The position numbers and the translations under genes were made by a program. A stretch of 64,000 nucleotides of DNA. It comes from Bacteroidales bacterium. GTDB lineage: Bacteria > Bacteroidota > Bacteroidia > Bacteroidales > PXBB01. Below, piece by piece: positions 18,457-29,797 of this stretch. The notes below the pieces were generated by a model, which ran no database searches, had not been told where the DNA came from, and was given only the letters and a program-made list of their open reading frames with translations. Every line of letters begins with the position of its first letter. Position 1 is the stretch's first letter. Location: NCBI GenBank assembly GCA_003565735.1, contig PXBB01000002.1, positions 4,477 through 68,476 of the forward strand. Reading direction: 5' to 3'.

Positions 18457-21273
18457 TTATAAAGCATTGAAATCAATCTTAAACAAAGGTTCGGCAAATA
18501 AAGACTGACGGTTATGATTGTATGTAAATCTTAAGCCAAGCGTTATGGGTGCAACAAATCTAAACAAGTGCGTATGGGCATTAAGTTCCAGACCATAAGA
18601 ACGTAAATAGTGTACCTCATTAAGAGTTTCTGTATAGTCGTAAAAAATATTTGCCTTAAATCTTTTAATATAAGCAATGGGACCTATGGCCCAGTCGGGA
18701 TAAAATAAAGGCAATGCATAATTAAACTGTAGTGTAAAAGCAGTTTTGAAAAAATCATCCCGCGTATTATGCCCTCTTGCGATAGGGAATAAAAAATTTA
18801 ACAAAATATCTTTACGTGCGCGCTCCTGATAATTGAGTTGCATATATAAGCTATGATGTTTCAGCAATCCCGGGAAAAAAAGGTTCAGTCTAGCACCCCA
18901 CACATCTCCGGCCTTTTGTTTACTGCCCAATGGACTGTGTGCATACCTGAACATCAAACTTTGAGAAAAAGCAGGGTGAATATCACGCATAGCCATTAAG
19001 CGTCTGTTTGATATGATAAATCCATAGTCCATTGTGTTTATCTGTATATCAGCCAATGTATCTTTACCTTGCTCAGGCTTTAGTTGCAGCAGATTGTTAT
19101 GAGCAAATATGTTTAAATGGCGCATATAATGTGCACGCTGCCACCTAAAAGGCACGTTTACACCGCCACTTACGGTAAGTTCCTGATACAACAGGTCTGT
19201 GTCGGCATCATAACGCATAGTTGTTTTCCCATATTTAAAATTACTTGATATAATGGGATACCAGCCTTCATAATCGATACCGGCCACAAAAGCACCCTGC
19301 TCCGTATGGATATCGTATTCGTAACCAAAGTGAGAAGTAGCTGTGCTTAGCAAGTTTTGAGAAAACAAGACAGCTCCGGGGTTTACAGTATTTTTGTCAA
19401 CATTTACATACAAGGGTGCCCAGCTGTGAAAGTTGAAAAAATGTCTTAATTTACTGTAAGCAACGACCTCGTATAAAGTGTCCGGTTCCGCATTAAACTG
19501 AATGGCCCCTCCTTCTTGCACTGTAAGACTGTCAAGCATTCTGTCTTGAAAAACAGTAATGGCTTCTTCAGGTATCCATAGAAGACTATCCAGCGGTGTT
19601 TGCACTAAAGTATTGCCTAATGCTGACAAGTTCAAATAGATAAGACGGCCTCCTTTAGCATCAACTACTGCGTTGCTGTTGCCAAAATTTGATGATGTAA
19701 GCAAGTACTTTTGCCTTTCAGATATATCCCATGCATAAATATTATTGATGCCACTAAAAGAAGAGGTAAATATGATAAAGTCGTAGTAAACTGTGGGCGT
19801 ACCAATTTCAGTATAATCAAAATCTTTAACAATATGCACTTCCTGGCTTTCAGTATCTATTAATGCGATAGCCTTTCCCTCCTGTGATGCAGCAATAAAA
19901 ACGATGGTCTTATTGTCAACCCACGCAGGGTCAATAATTTCAATACTGTGAAAACCATTCATTATATCCTTTTTTAAGCCATTATCCGAACATAACAAAT
20001 GTAAACTATGTCTTCCATGTAAATCAGCATGCACACAAGCAAGCAGTCGTCCATCAGGCGACACAACCGCAGTTTGATATCTGCCCTTTTGTGTAAGACG
20101 CACTCTTTTACCGTTTCTGACATCTTGCTTAACGACATTATTGGACGAACGGTGTTGCCATCTCTTATCAGGTGTGTGTTCTATATAATATATATGGTTT
20201 CCGTGGGCAGAAAGTGTTGAAGGGTATATACGTCCCGCCGGCCTTAAAAGCGTTTGGCCGCCATTCTGAATATCAATCAACACAGCTTTATCGAGGTCTG
20301 AAAAGCTTCTTTTTACAGATACAAGCGTTGAATCATTCAAAAGAGCAGGTCGTGCATAGTCAGCATAATCGTTTTTGGGCGGTAAAAGTTTGGCCGCATA
20401 AGTTTGCGGCAAGCTCGCAATATGCTTTTTCCAATCAGTATATAAGCTATCCATAGCGGCTTCATAGTATGCACTTTTGTTAAGCGAAGTGTGTTTCCTG
20501 ATAGCTTGTGCAAATGGGTATAATGCCCATGGGCGACGGGCTACCTTATCTAAGGCCTCAGGCCAGATATCACGACTGTAGTATGTCCGTCCGTGCGCTG
20601 TCAGGAAGTAGCCCAACTCATAATGATTGGGTACAAAATCTTTATAGGAGCCGAATTTTGCTTTTTCATAACTGTATTTTCCTTTTTCAATAAGCTGCGC
20701 TCTCAATTTATTTGTAAAAGCCGGATTTCGGCCTCTGCCCGACGCTGTAAGAGCAGTTTCGGCACATACAGCATCGCCCTCCAAAAACCATAATGGCAGA
20801 TAAAGTCCGGCCAATGCTCCTGTGATTTGCTGGCCGAAAACATAGCCTAAGCTGGCAGTTGCATACCTGTTCAGACTGCTCATTTGTGCCACATGTCGCA
20901 GTTCGTGAAGACTCAAATGTTGCTTATAATCAACGGAAAGGCGCTGCTGAGATGATAAAGGAAAAAGTTCCACACGCTTTGGAGCCCAACTGACGAAGCC
21001 ATTCGACCTCATACCCTGATTGTGAATGACAACGGGTATGCGAATTAACGGACTGTTAATATGGTTGGCAACCCGGGGGTAAGCCGTCTCAAGGTAGTAA
21101 GCAAAAAGCTGTGCCGTACTATCGTAACCGGCAGGAAAAACAATTTCGAAAAAAGGCGTTTCTATTTTTTGCCAACGCAATTTACCAGGAGACTGTCCCG
21201 CATTATAAAACTGAGAAGATGCTTCGGGTTGTAATAGCACAAAAAGTATTAAAACCAAAAAAAAAGCCTTCAT
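18457..21273 (-). CDS. Large exported protein: HExxH metallopeptidase-like N-terminus, TolB/WD40-like propeller, probable C-terminal beta-barrel
   Basis: Signal peptide; LHELRH followed by PLWFLEGDAV..E; SPDG and F.S..SGINNIY propeller motifs; aromatic-rich alternating C-terminal third. Confidence 0.75.
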   Translation of the reverse strand: MKAFFLVLILFVLLQPEASSQFYNAGQSPGKLRWQKIETPFFEIVFPAGYDSTAQLFAYYLETAYPRVANHINSPLIRIPVVIHNQGMRSNGFVSWAPKRVELFPLSSQQRLSVDYKQHLSLHELRHVAQMSSLNRYATASLGYVFGQQITGALAGLYLPLWFLEGDAVCAETALTASGRGRNPAFTNKLRAQLIEKGKYSYEKAKFGSYKDFVPNHYELGYFLTAHGRTYYSRDIWPEALDKVARRPWALYPFAQAIRKHTSLNKSAYYEAAMDSLYTDWKKHIASLPQTYAAKLLPPKNDYADYARPALLNDSTLVSVKRSFSDLDKAVLIDIQNGGQTLLRPAGRIYPSTLSAHGNHIYYIEHTPDKRWQHRSSNNVVKQDVRNGKRVRLTQKGRYQTAVVSPDGRLLACVHADLHGRHSLHLLCSDNGLKKDIMNGFHSIEIIDPAWVDNKTIVFIAASQEGKAIALIDTESQEVHIVKDFDYTEIGTPTVYYDFIIFTSSFSGINNIYAWDISERQKYLLTSSNFGNSNAVVDAKGGRLIYLNLSALGNTLVQTPLDSLLWIPEEAITVFQDRMLDSLTVQEGGAIQFNAEPDTLYEVVAYSKLRHFFNFHSWAPLYVNVDKNTVNPGAVLFSQNLLSTATSHFGYEYDIHTEQGAFVAGIDYEGWYPIISSNFKYGKTTMRYDADTDLLYQELTVSGGVNVPFRWQRAHYMRHLNIFAHNNLLQLKPEQGKDTLADIQINTMDYGFIISNRRLMAMRDIHPAFSQSLMFRYAHSPLGSKQKAGDVWGARLNLFFPGLLKHHSLYMQLNYQERARKDILLNFLFPIARGHNTRDDFFKTAFTLQFNYALPLFYPDWAIGPIAYIKRFKANIFYDYTETLNEVHYLRSYGLELNAHTHLFRFVAPITLGLRFTYNHNRQSLFAEPLFKIDFNAL

Positions 21274-21662
21274 TCTTTCTTTTTTAATGTTTTGAGCATC
21301 AGAATATGAATGCTGACACCAACAGCAATTACATATAGTAATATGCGAATATAAACATTATCAATGAAAACAAAGGCAGATATACTTATAAAAAACCAAA
21401 GCAAAATAAGGTTTATTATTTTTACATTTTTGGGGATGCCTTTTTTTTCGAGATAGCTTTTAATATAAAAGCCTAATATTTTATGGTGGATCAGGTAATT
21501 ATAAAAACGCAAGGAGCTGCGCAAGTATAAGTAAGATGCCAATAAAAGAAAAGGTGTTGTGGGTATTAATGGTAAAACTATGCCCAGCACGCCCAAAACA
21601 ACAAATAATGTCCCCAGTACTAAAAACAATGTCCTTTTGAAACGACTTTTAACTGGAACCAA
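21270..21662 (-). CDS. YbaN/DUF454 family membrane protein
   Basis: LG..GIVLPLIPTTPFLLLA...RSS.RF; TTG start. Confidence 0.88.
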   Translation of the reverse strand: MVPVKSRFKRTLFLVLGTLFVVLGVLGIVLPLIPTTPFLLLASYLYLRSSLRFYNYLIHHKILGFYIKSYLEKKGIPKNVKIINLILLWFFISISAFVFIDNVYIRILLYVIAVGVSIHILMLKTLKKKE

Positions 21663-21686
21663 AACCGGAAATTTTCAATATTTCAA

Positions 21687-21935
21687 CTATAAACTTGCGG
21701 CCTCTACTGCTTTTATCTCCGGAATAGCTTTTTTAACAGCACTTTCTACACCGGACTTCAAAGTCATCATACTCATCGGGCAACCTTTGCAGGCACCCAA
21801 CAACTCAACATAAACGATATTGTCATCCGACAATTCTACAAAACGAATATTGCCTCCATCAGCCTCTAAGTATGGTCTTATTTGATCTATTACGCTCTCT
21901 ACTTTTTTTATCAAATCTGCTTTCTCTGTTGACAT
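21687..21935 (-). CDS. Stand-alone NifU C-terminal (Nfu) Fe-S carrier protein
   Basis: IRPYLEADGGNI...LLGACKGCPMS..TLKSGVE. Confidence 0.93.
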   Translation of the reverse strand: MSTEKADLIKKVESVIDQIRPYLEADGGNIRFVELSDDNIVYVELLGACKGCPMSMMTLKSGVESAVKKAIPEIKAVEAASL

Positions 21936-22071
21936 AATAAAAAATTTAAAATGTTTTATATTTTTTTAGATTTATTTAAAATTAGTACAAAAGTAGTATT
22001 TTTATTTTAAATATTTTCAAAATTCAAAAAAATGGTAACTTTACTTTACAAAACAAAAAAAATAAAAAACC

Positions 22072-22968
22072 ATGATGAAAAAGTACATATTATCAGCAAG
22101 CTTCACCTTTATATTTTTTTTATCCTTTAGTCAAACAAATATTTATCATCCTTTCCCCGAAAAAAATGCTGTATGGAACTACAATTACACACGTTGGGGT
22201 TTTGATGGATTAATAAGTGAATTCTATTCAATAATTATTGCAGGGGACACATTGATAGACCACGTCACATACAAGAAGCTGCATATCCCATTTGTCCTAT
22301 CAATTACAAATGATTCCAGCACAAATGTTAGCCCTGGTTACAAGGGTGCATTCAGACAAGACACAGTCAATAAAAAAGTCTATTTTGTAGATCCTTCAAG
22401 CAACACGGAACGTGTGTTATACGATTTTAATTTAGAAATTGGTGATACCATTCATAGCCCACACGGGTACGACATCGTCCTCGACATTGATTCTATATTA
22501 ATGGGAGATACTTACCGAAAAAGGTGGATAGTTAATCAGGCATATCATATATCAATAATAGAAGGACTTGGCTCAACCTACGGGCTTATTGTCAATTATC
22601 CCGGAGATTATGTCGGTTTTCCTGATTATTCACTCATTTGTTTTTCAAAAAATAATACAACACTGTATCCGAGCGGAAGCCATGATTGTGAAATCATTAC
22701 CCTATGTGAAACCTATAAAAAAGATGCTCATTGGCTGAGTATCTACCCAAACCCTACCGAAGGTGTTGTATATGTGTCAGCCAATGCAAAAGGCATTGAT
22801 GCCACACAAATTAACATCCGCTCATTATCAGGGCATTTACTATATTCTGAAAGTGTTAATACAAAAAAAACCGCAATTGACATATCTCATTTAAATGACA
22901 GCATCTATTTATTTGAAATAATCTCTAATGAAAAGACTATAATTGAGAAAATCATCTTAAAAAAATGA
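22072..22968 (+). CDS. Secreted protein with T9SS type A sorting domain
   Basis: Signal peptide; YHPFP..NAVW, LYDFNLEIGDT, IEGLGS..GL; C-terminal IYPNP...IDISHL...Y...KIILKK. Confidence 0.85.
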   Translation: MMKKYILSASFTFIFFLSFSQTNIYHPFPEKNAVWNYNYTRWGFDGLISEFYSIIIAGDTLIDHVTYKKLHIPFVLSITNDSSTNVSPGYKGAFRQDTVNKKVYFVDPSSNTERVLYDFNLEIGDTIHSPHGYDIVLDIDSILMGDTYRKRWIVNQAYHISIIEGLGSTYGLIVNYPGDYVGFPDYSLICFSKNNTTLYPSGSHDCEIITLCETYKKDAHWLSIYPNPTEGVVYVSANAKGIDATQINIRSLSGHLLYSESVNTKKTAIDISHLNDSIYLFEIISNEKTIIEKIILKK

Positions 22969-23182
22969 TAAAACTGACCATAGTATCATAAATAATCAGT
23001 CTGTTGGAATTTATTTTTGTGGACAATTTATGAAATAATAAACCCGACCTTGGTTGCCTGTTTTTTTTCATCCTTTCTAAGATCAATTGATTAAAAATTT
23101 TTACAAAAAAAATGTTAAATTACTTGCTATTAGTATTTTAAAGTATTATATTTGATTTTATGTATAATTAAAAGAATAAATT

Positions 23183-23737
23183 ATGAACTGTCCTGTTTGC
23201 CACGAACCTGATTTAGATAAGAGCACTAAATCATGTCCTAAATGTAGTTCGGATTTAGAATTACTTACCCAAATAAAAATCACCAGAAAGCTTTTAATAC
23301 GTAAAAATAACACCATAGCCTTATTGTCCATACTTCTGGTAATTGCAATACTGTCTGCTTTCTACCTTTCAATAAAAGCAAAAAGCACATTATCCGGTGA
23401 AAAAGAAAAAGTCAGCCGTTCACTGACAAAAGAAGAAAAAGTGTCTAAAAATCAACAGTACACTTTAGATATGGAAAACCAACAAAAGGCAGCGGTATCT
23501 GACACTATAAAATCTTTTGTAGATGCTACAAAAAAATCAGAGAGCCACGATAATAATGAAAAAAATCAAAATGCTATTGAACATATCGTTAAAAAAAATG
23601 ACAATCTCTGGCGTCTTGCGATAACCTATTATCAGGATGGGTACAAGTATCAAAAAATTGCTCATGACAACAATATTGAGAACCCCGAATTACTTAAAAT
23701 AGGTCAAACAATCATAATTTATGAAGAACACCCCTAA
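23183..23737 (+). CDS. Membrane-anchored LysM protein with N-terminal double CxxC zinc ribbon
   Basis: CPVC...CPKC, one TM helix, C-terminal HIVKKNDNLWRLA..YY.DG..Y.KIA..NNIENPELLKIGQTI. Confidence 0.8.
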   Translation: MNCPVCHEPDLDKSTKSCPKCSSDLELLTQIKITRKLLIRKNNTIALLSILLVIAILSAFYLSIKAKSTLSGEKEKVSRSLTKEEKVSKNQQYTLDMENQQKAAVSDTIKSFVDATKKSESHDNNEKNQNAIEHIVKKNDNLWRLAITYYQDGYKYQKIAHDNNIENPELLKIGQTIIIYEEHP

Positions 23738-24254
23738 ATTTCAACATATGAATATCAAAACCCATTTCCAAAATGTGACTCAAAAAGTTGAAAGCATACT
23801 TAATGATGCTTTTGAACTTAAGAAAAAGGTAAAAGCACTTGAAGATTCGTTGGCTAAAGCGCTTGAGAACACAAGTAACTTAAACAATGAAATAAAAATT
23901 TTAAATGGCAAAAACACCCTTCTAAAAAAAGAAAAAGAAGAAAAGGATGAAGAAATAAAAAAACTTAAAATGTCACATACCAAACTTGAAGAGGTGTGCA
24001 AAGAACAAGAAAGCCATCACAGTGCGCTGATGAAGTTGCATCTAAAAACAGAAAAGGCTCTGAAAGAAAAAATACAAAAGTGCTTTGCTGTTGAAAAAGA
24101 GTTTAAACGTCAGGTAAAACAAATCAAAGAATTGAATTCAAACAATAAAGACCTCGAAAAAAAGCTTATAACTGCATTAGAAAGGATAGAAAAACTGGAG
24201 GAAGAAAACGACATTCTGATGGCTATTGAAACCAATAAAGCTACTACAGTATAA
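23721..24254 (+). CDS. Hypothetical coiled-coil protein
   Basis: K/E/L heptad-rich 177 aa ORF overlapping the LysM gene end; alternative start at 23748. Confidence 0.65.
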   Translation: MKNTPKFQHMNIKTHFQNVTQKVESILNDAFELKKKVKALEDSLAKALENTSNLNNEIKILNGKNTLLKKEKEEKDEEIKKLKMSHTKLEEVCKEQESHHSALMKLHLKTEKALKEKIQKCFAVEKEFKRQVKQIKELNSNNKDLEKKLITALERIEKLEEENDILMAIETNKATTV

Positions 24255-24515
24255 TTTTTAGACACCCCCTCCCACTGAAAAATTCCGCAAACATTTTTGA
24301 CATGAAAACCGCGGATGCTGTACAATTTTTTTTGAATCAGCTTACCCATACCCATCTAAATGAGACTGTCAAAACTGCCGTTTGCTGAAAACATTTTGAA
24401 GGCAGTGAGACATCTTCTTATAACAAACAGTTAACCAGTAATACGCTGTTAAAAATATTAGCGGTTTGTATAATCTCAAAATAAAAAATCGTATTTTTGC
24501 AAAAAAAAAAGCAGC

Positions 24516-25280
24516 ATGTCACAATTCCTGTTTAAAAACCATTTAAATATTCTTGACAACACATCAGAGGTGACTTTAGAAGCATTAAAAAAATACCTTA
24601 ACGATTACCCATATTGCCAGTCGGCCCATAAGCAGTTATTATTGTCCCTGGTTCAAAAAAACCAAAAGACTGAAACAAAGCAACTGGCATCAGCTGCTGC
24701 ATACAGTCCCTGCAGAGCAACATTATACCGGCAGGTTCAGGAACTTATAAAACAACACAGTGCTTCGCAACAAGAAAAAAACGATGACAAATTTTCTAAA
24801 GATACCACCGGCACTGAACAGACAACAGCTGAAAATATTATAAATAATGAAGCGTTAAATATATCGGAGGCAGAAGATAGTAGCATAAAGTCAGACCATA
24901 GGACAGAAGCATCAGAAAAAGACGCCGCATTAAGGGCTATCGTAGAAAAACGCTTAAAAGAAATTAACAAAGAGCAAGAAGCTGAAAATAAGCCGGCAAC
25001 TGACGGCAAATTGGATAAGAAAAAAATTGTTGAAAATTTTTTAGAGAATGAGCCACGCATAACGCCCAAGAAAGACATGGTAAATGATGCTGATTTATCT
25101 CATCAAAGTGTTATTGATAAACTTGATTATGTTTCAGAAACACTTGCTCAAATATACGAACAGCAGGGCAATTTTGATAAAGCTGTTAAGACTTATGAAA
25201 AATTATCTTTGAAATATCCCGAAAAAAGTGCTTACTTTGCACGCGAAATTGAAAAAATTAAAAAACAAACAAAAAAATAA
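24516..25280 (+). CDS. Conserved Bacteroidota TPR-like protein upstream of secG
   Basis: YPYCQSAH..LL...AAAYSP.R..L; C-terminal SETLAQIYEQQG..DKA...YEKLSLKYPEKSAYFA. Confidence 0.82.
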   Translation: MSQFLFKNHLNILDNTSEVTLEALKKYLNDYPYCQSAHKQLLLSLVQKNQKTETKQLASAAAYSPCRATLYRQVQELIKQHSASQQEKNDDKFSKDTTGTEQTTAENIINNEALNISEAEDSSIKSDHRTEASEKDAALRAIVEKRLKEINKEQEAENKPATDGKLDKKKIVENFLENEPRITPKKDMVNDADLSHQSVIDKLDYVSETLAQIYEQQGNFDKAVKTYEKLSLKYPEKSAYFAREIEKIKKQTKK

Positions 25281-25286
25281 ATTAAA

Positions 25287-25673
25287 ATGGGTGCTTATAT
25301 TTTTATTTCAGTATTGATTTTTATTGCATGCATACTCCTCATAATAGTTGTATTAGTGCAAGATTCTAAAGGTGGTGGGTTAGCTTCCAATTTTTCAGCC
25401 TCCAATCAGGTAATGGGTGTTCGTAAAACAGCCGACTTTCTCGAAAAAACAACATGGACACTTGCCATAGCTCTGGTTGGTTTAAGCTTGTTGTCTATAT
25501 TTGTTATACCCCGAACTCAAACCGTAACGACTTACGATAGTCAGCTGATGGAATATATAGAGCGAACACCAGCTGTCGATTTTCAACAACCCCCGGGGGC
25601 TGGTACACAAACTCCTGCCGAGCAACAACAACAGCAACAGCAGCCTGTAGGGCAACAACCCATAGAAGATTAA
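25287..25673 (+). CDS. secG: Preprotein translocase subunit SecG
   Basis: VLVQDSKGGGLASNF...MGVRKTADFLEKTTW; two TM helices; Gln/Pro-rich tail. Confidence 0.93.
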   Translation: MGAYIFISVLIFIACILLIIVVLVQDSKGGGLASNFSASNQVMGVRKTADFLEKTTWTLAIALVGLSLLSIFVIPRTQTVTTYDSQLMEYIERTPAVDFQQPPGAGTQTPAEQQQQQQQPVGQQPIED

Positions 25674-25745
25674 ACACAGATGTTGTCATTCATTGCACAT
25701 CTGACTGTAAAATATTAGAATTCTTTCAAAGACATCTTATTTCGT

Positions 25746-25783
25746 AAAAGCCAACAATGACCTGTATTGTTGGCTTTTTTTTT
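25746..25783 (+). terminator. Rho-independent terminator after secG
   Basis: AAAAGCCAACAAT-loop-ATTGTTGGCTTTT plus T-run. Confidence 0.8.
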
Positions 25784-25898
25784 GTATGACATACGCCCAA
25801 AACTTTAATAATGTCATAATGTCATAACATACTGCCATTTTTATTTTTTATAAGCTTATAACTGACAAAAATGACCTAAAACGAGCTAAAAATTGAAA

Positions 25899-25914
25899 TG
25901 GCATAAGATTCGCT
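25899..25914 (+). promoter_or_regulatory. Sigma54-type -24/-12 promoter of groES-groEL
   Basis: TGGCATAAGATTCGCT, GG-N10-GC spacing, about 60 nt upstream of the groES ATG. Confidence 0.6.
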
Positions 25915-25972
25915 AATGAGGTGCTCGATTATGAACATAAAATGTTGAACCCATTAAAATAAATTAAAAACT

Positions 25973-26251
25973 ATGACAAAATTAAGCATTAAACCGTTAG
26001 CAGACAGAGTATTAGTAGAACCTGCTACTGCCGAAGAAAAAACAGCAGGCGGTATCATTATCCCCGATACAGCCAAGGAAAAACCACAAAAAGGTACAGT
26101 GGTCGCCGTGGGCAGCGGCAAAAAAGATGAGCCCTTAACCGTTAAAGAAGGCGATGCTGTTCTTTATGGAAAATATGCCGGTACGGAAATAACACTCGAC
26201 GGTAAAGAATATTTAATGATGCGTGAATCGGATATTTACGCTATTGTTTAA
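25973..26251 (+). CDS. groES: Co-chaperonin GroES
   Basis: [10 protein letters not shown]...[22 protein letters not shown]; YGKYAGTE; RESDI. Confidence 0.98.
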   Translation: MTKLSIKPLADRVLVEPATAEEKTAGGIIIPDTAKEKPQKGTVVAVGSGKKDEPLTVKEGDAVLYGKYAGTEITLDGKEYLMMRESDIYAIV

Positions 26252-26265
26252 AAAAAAATAATTAA

Positions 26266-28032
<1,767 letters not shown>

Positions 28033-28054
28033 AATACATCAAACAACCCTAAAC

Positions 28055-28092
28055 AAAAAGCCGGCTATATAAAAATATAGCCGGCTTTTTTT
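28055..28092 (+). terminator. Rho-independent terminator after groEL
   Basis: AAAAAGCCGGCTATAT-aaa-ATATAGCCGGCTTTTTTT. Confidence 0.88.
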
Positions 28093-28187
28093 ATTATATT
28101 AGTCGTATTACACAGATATAATTTCTTAAAATTCACACCACAAATTATTTCATTCAGTAACACTCAAGAAGTGTTGTCATAGGCTAT

Positions 28188-28222
28188 AAAAAAAAGCTGC
28201 TTGAAGTATCAAGCAGCTTTTT
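28188..28222 (-). terminator. Rho-independent terminator after the ferredoxin gene
   Basis: AAAAAAAAGCTGCTTGA-agta-TCAAGCAGCTTTTT. Confidence 0.82.
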
Positions 28223-28252
28223 AAGTTCGTTAATTAGATACTACTTCTGTGT

Positions 28253-28420
28253 TTACTCTGGATGAATAGCTTCAACCGGACAAACATCAGCACAAGCACC
28301 ACAGTCTGTACATACCTCAGGGTCAATTACATAAATATCACCTTCAGCTATTGCTTCAACTGGACATTCGTCTAAACAGCTGCCGCATGCAGTACAATCG
28401 TCATTAATTACATAAGCCAT
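28253..28420 (-). CDS. Clostridial-type 2x[4Fe-4S] ferredoxin, 55 aa (not in the ORF track)
   Basis: Manual translation MAYVINDDCTACGSCLDECPVEAIAEGDIYVIDPEVCTDCGACADVCPVEAIHPE*; two CxxCxxCxxxCP motifs. Confidence 0.96.
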   Translation of the reverse strand: MAYVINDDCTACGSCLDECPVEAIAEGDIYVIDPEVCTDCGACADVCPVEAIHPE

Positions 28421-28644
28421 AATACAAAATTTTAAATTAGTGTTTTTATTCGCTGCAAATATATTTAAAGAATTATATATAGAGAAAAAAAAACAAGTTC
28501 ATGAATAAATTTAAAAATAATCTAAATTAACCCTATAAAACAAGATTTCAACAATTCGCATACATTTAAGGGATGTGTAGTGCTGCTGAAATACTTATTT
28601 CGAAAAACCATACAAGGCACTTTTCTTGGCTTATTGGCGCGTAT

Positions 28645-29727
28645 TTACAGGGCTGTATCAAAATGTTCATTTTCATCTCCTGTAAAATATGAAAGCGTTT
28701 TCAGAATTCTGTCAAAGACATAGTACTGTATAAGAACAAAATCATTACCGTTGTTAATATGGGCATACATTCTATCTCTGTCGTAAATGATAGGTTCTCC
28801 CCAAAGGTCTTCTTCGCCCTCAATAGCCCATTTTTTGTATGTGTCTATCCTGTTGGCAGTACCTTCGAAAAGGTCAACCGTAATGGTATGTAGGGGTTTG
28901 GAATCGAGGATGGAGTCTTTGATACTTATGTGATTTACAAGGGCTTCAAAGCTGATATTGTCAAAAGAAGAAATAAAACTAAGAACTTTTAGAGTATCGA
29001 AAGTATTAACAGCCTGCATGTCATTATGCACATCGTAAAGAGAGAAAGTGCGGTCGTTGTTGTTAACAACTTTAATAGACTCATGAGGTTCTTCATGAAA
29101 GTCAATTCTCACAGACTCTATTTCCGACAGACGGTAGCGAAAAATTTTGGGGTCACGCCAATCCCTTTTATGGGCGGAGAAGCGTGTTGACAAAAAGCCT
29201 CTGAAGCCGGGCATATAAGTAACAAAAGGGGTTGAAGCATTTTCCATAAGCATGTAAGTACCCATCTGGTCTCCGGTGGACTCACCAACAAAAAATGTTT
29301 TAGTACGTTTAATATGCGGAAAAAGCTTGATACGATCAAACAAGTTTATACGGTACACCCTTTGGTATATCTCAACTTTTGTTGATGTTGCCGCCATCAA
29401 TCTTAAAACATCATCAAGATGCCTGTGTGGCACGGGCTCTCTTACTTCTATCCATATCAAAGTTCTGAATAAAGTAGCCATATTTTCCGCCCTGACCTCA
29501 TATGTGTCATTCAGTAGCCATTTCCCTGATTCAGTTCTCTCAAGTTTGACAATGTTTTCATTCATATCGGCCATAAAGACTTTTTTAATTGAAGCCGTAT
29601 CCCTGATTGAAAAATCGGCAATATCTCTGCGAATCGTAGTCGGGGCATTAGTTAATAATAAATGAGTGGCAATGGCACCTAGAAGAATTGTTAAAACAGT
29701 AATCAGTAAGACTTTTTTTCTCTTCAT
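28645..29727 (-). CDS. Membrane-anchored protein downstream of gldG (DUF4340-like)
   Basis: N-terminal TM; DFSIRDTASI.K.FMAD, GTYMLME, PGFRGFLSTRF...WRD, VLIQYYVFD; position after gldFG. Confidence 0.72.
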   Translation of the reverse strand: MKRKKVLLITVLTILLGAIATHLLLTNAPTTIRRDIADFSIRDTASIKKVFMADMNENIVKLERTESGKWLLNDTYEVRAENMATLFRTLIWIEVREPVPHRHLDDVLRLMAATSTKVEIYQRVYRINLFDRIKLFPHIKRTKTFFVGESTGDQMGTYMLMENASTPFVTYMPGFRGFLSTRFSAHKRDWRDPKIFRYRLSEIESVRIDFHEEPHESIKVVNNNDRTFSLYDVHNDMQAVNTFDTLKVLSFISSFDNISFEALVNHISIKDSILDSKPLHTITVDLFEGTANRIDTYKKWAIEGEEDLWGEPIIYDRDRMYAHINNGNDFVLIQYYVFDRILKTLSYFTGDENEHFDTAL

Positions 29728-29797
29728 GTATTTTTATTTTTTGTCATTATTTTTAATGACATTCTATTAGCAATGAATTTTTGATGGGTTATAATTT

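Noticed and set aside
25620-25643. CAA/CAG run (poly-Gln) in secG as a phase-variable repeat
   Set aside because: Mixed in-frame codons in a disordered tail; length change would not shift the frame
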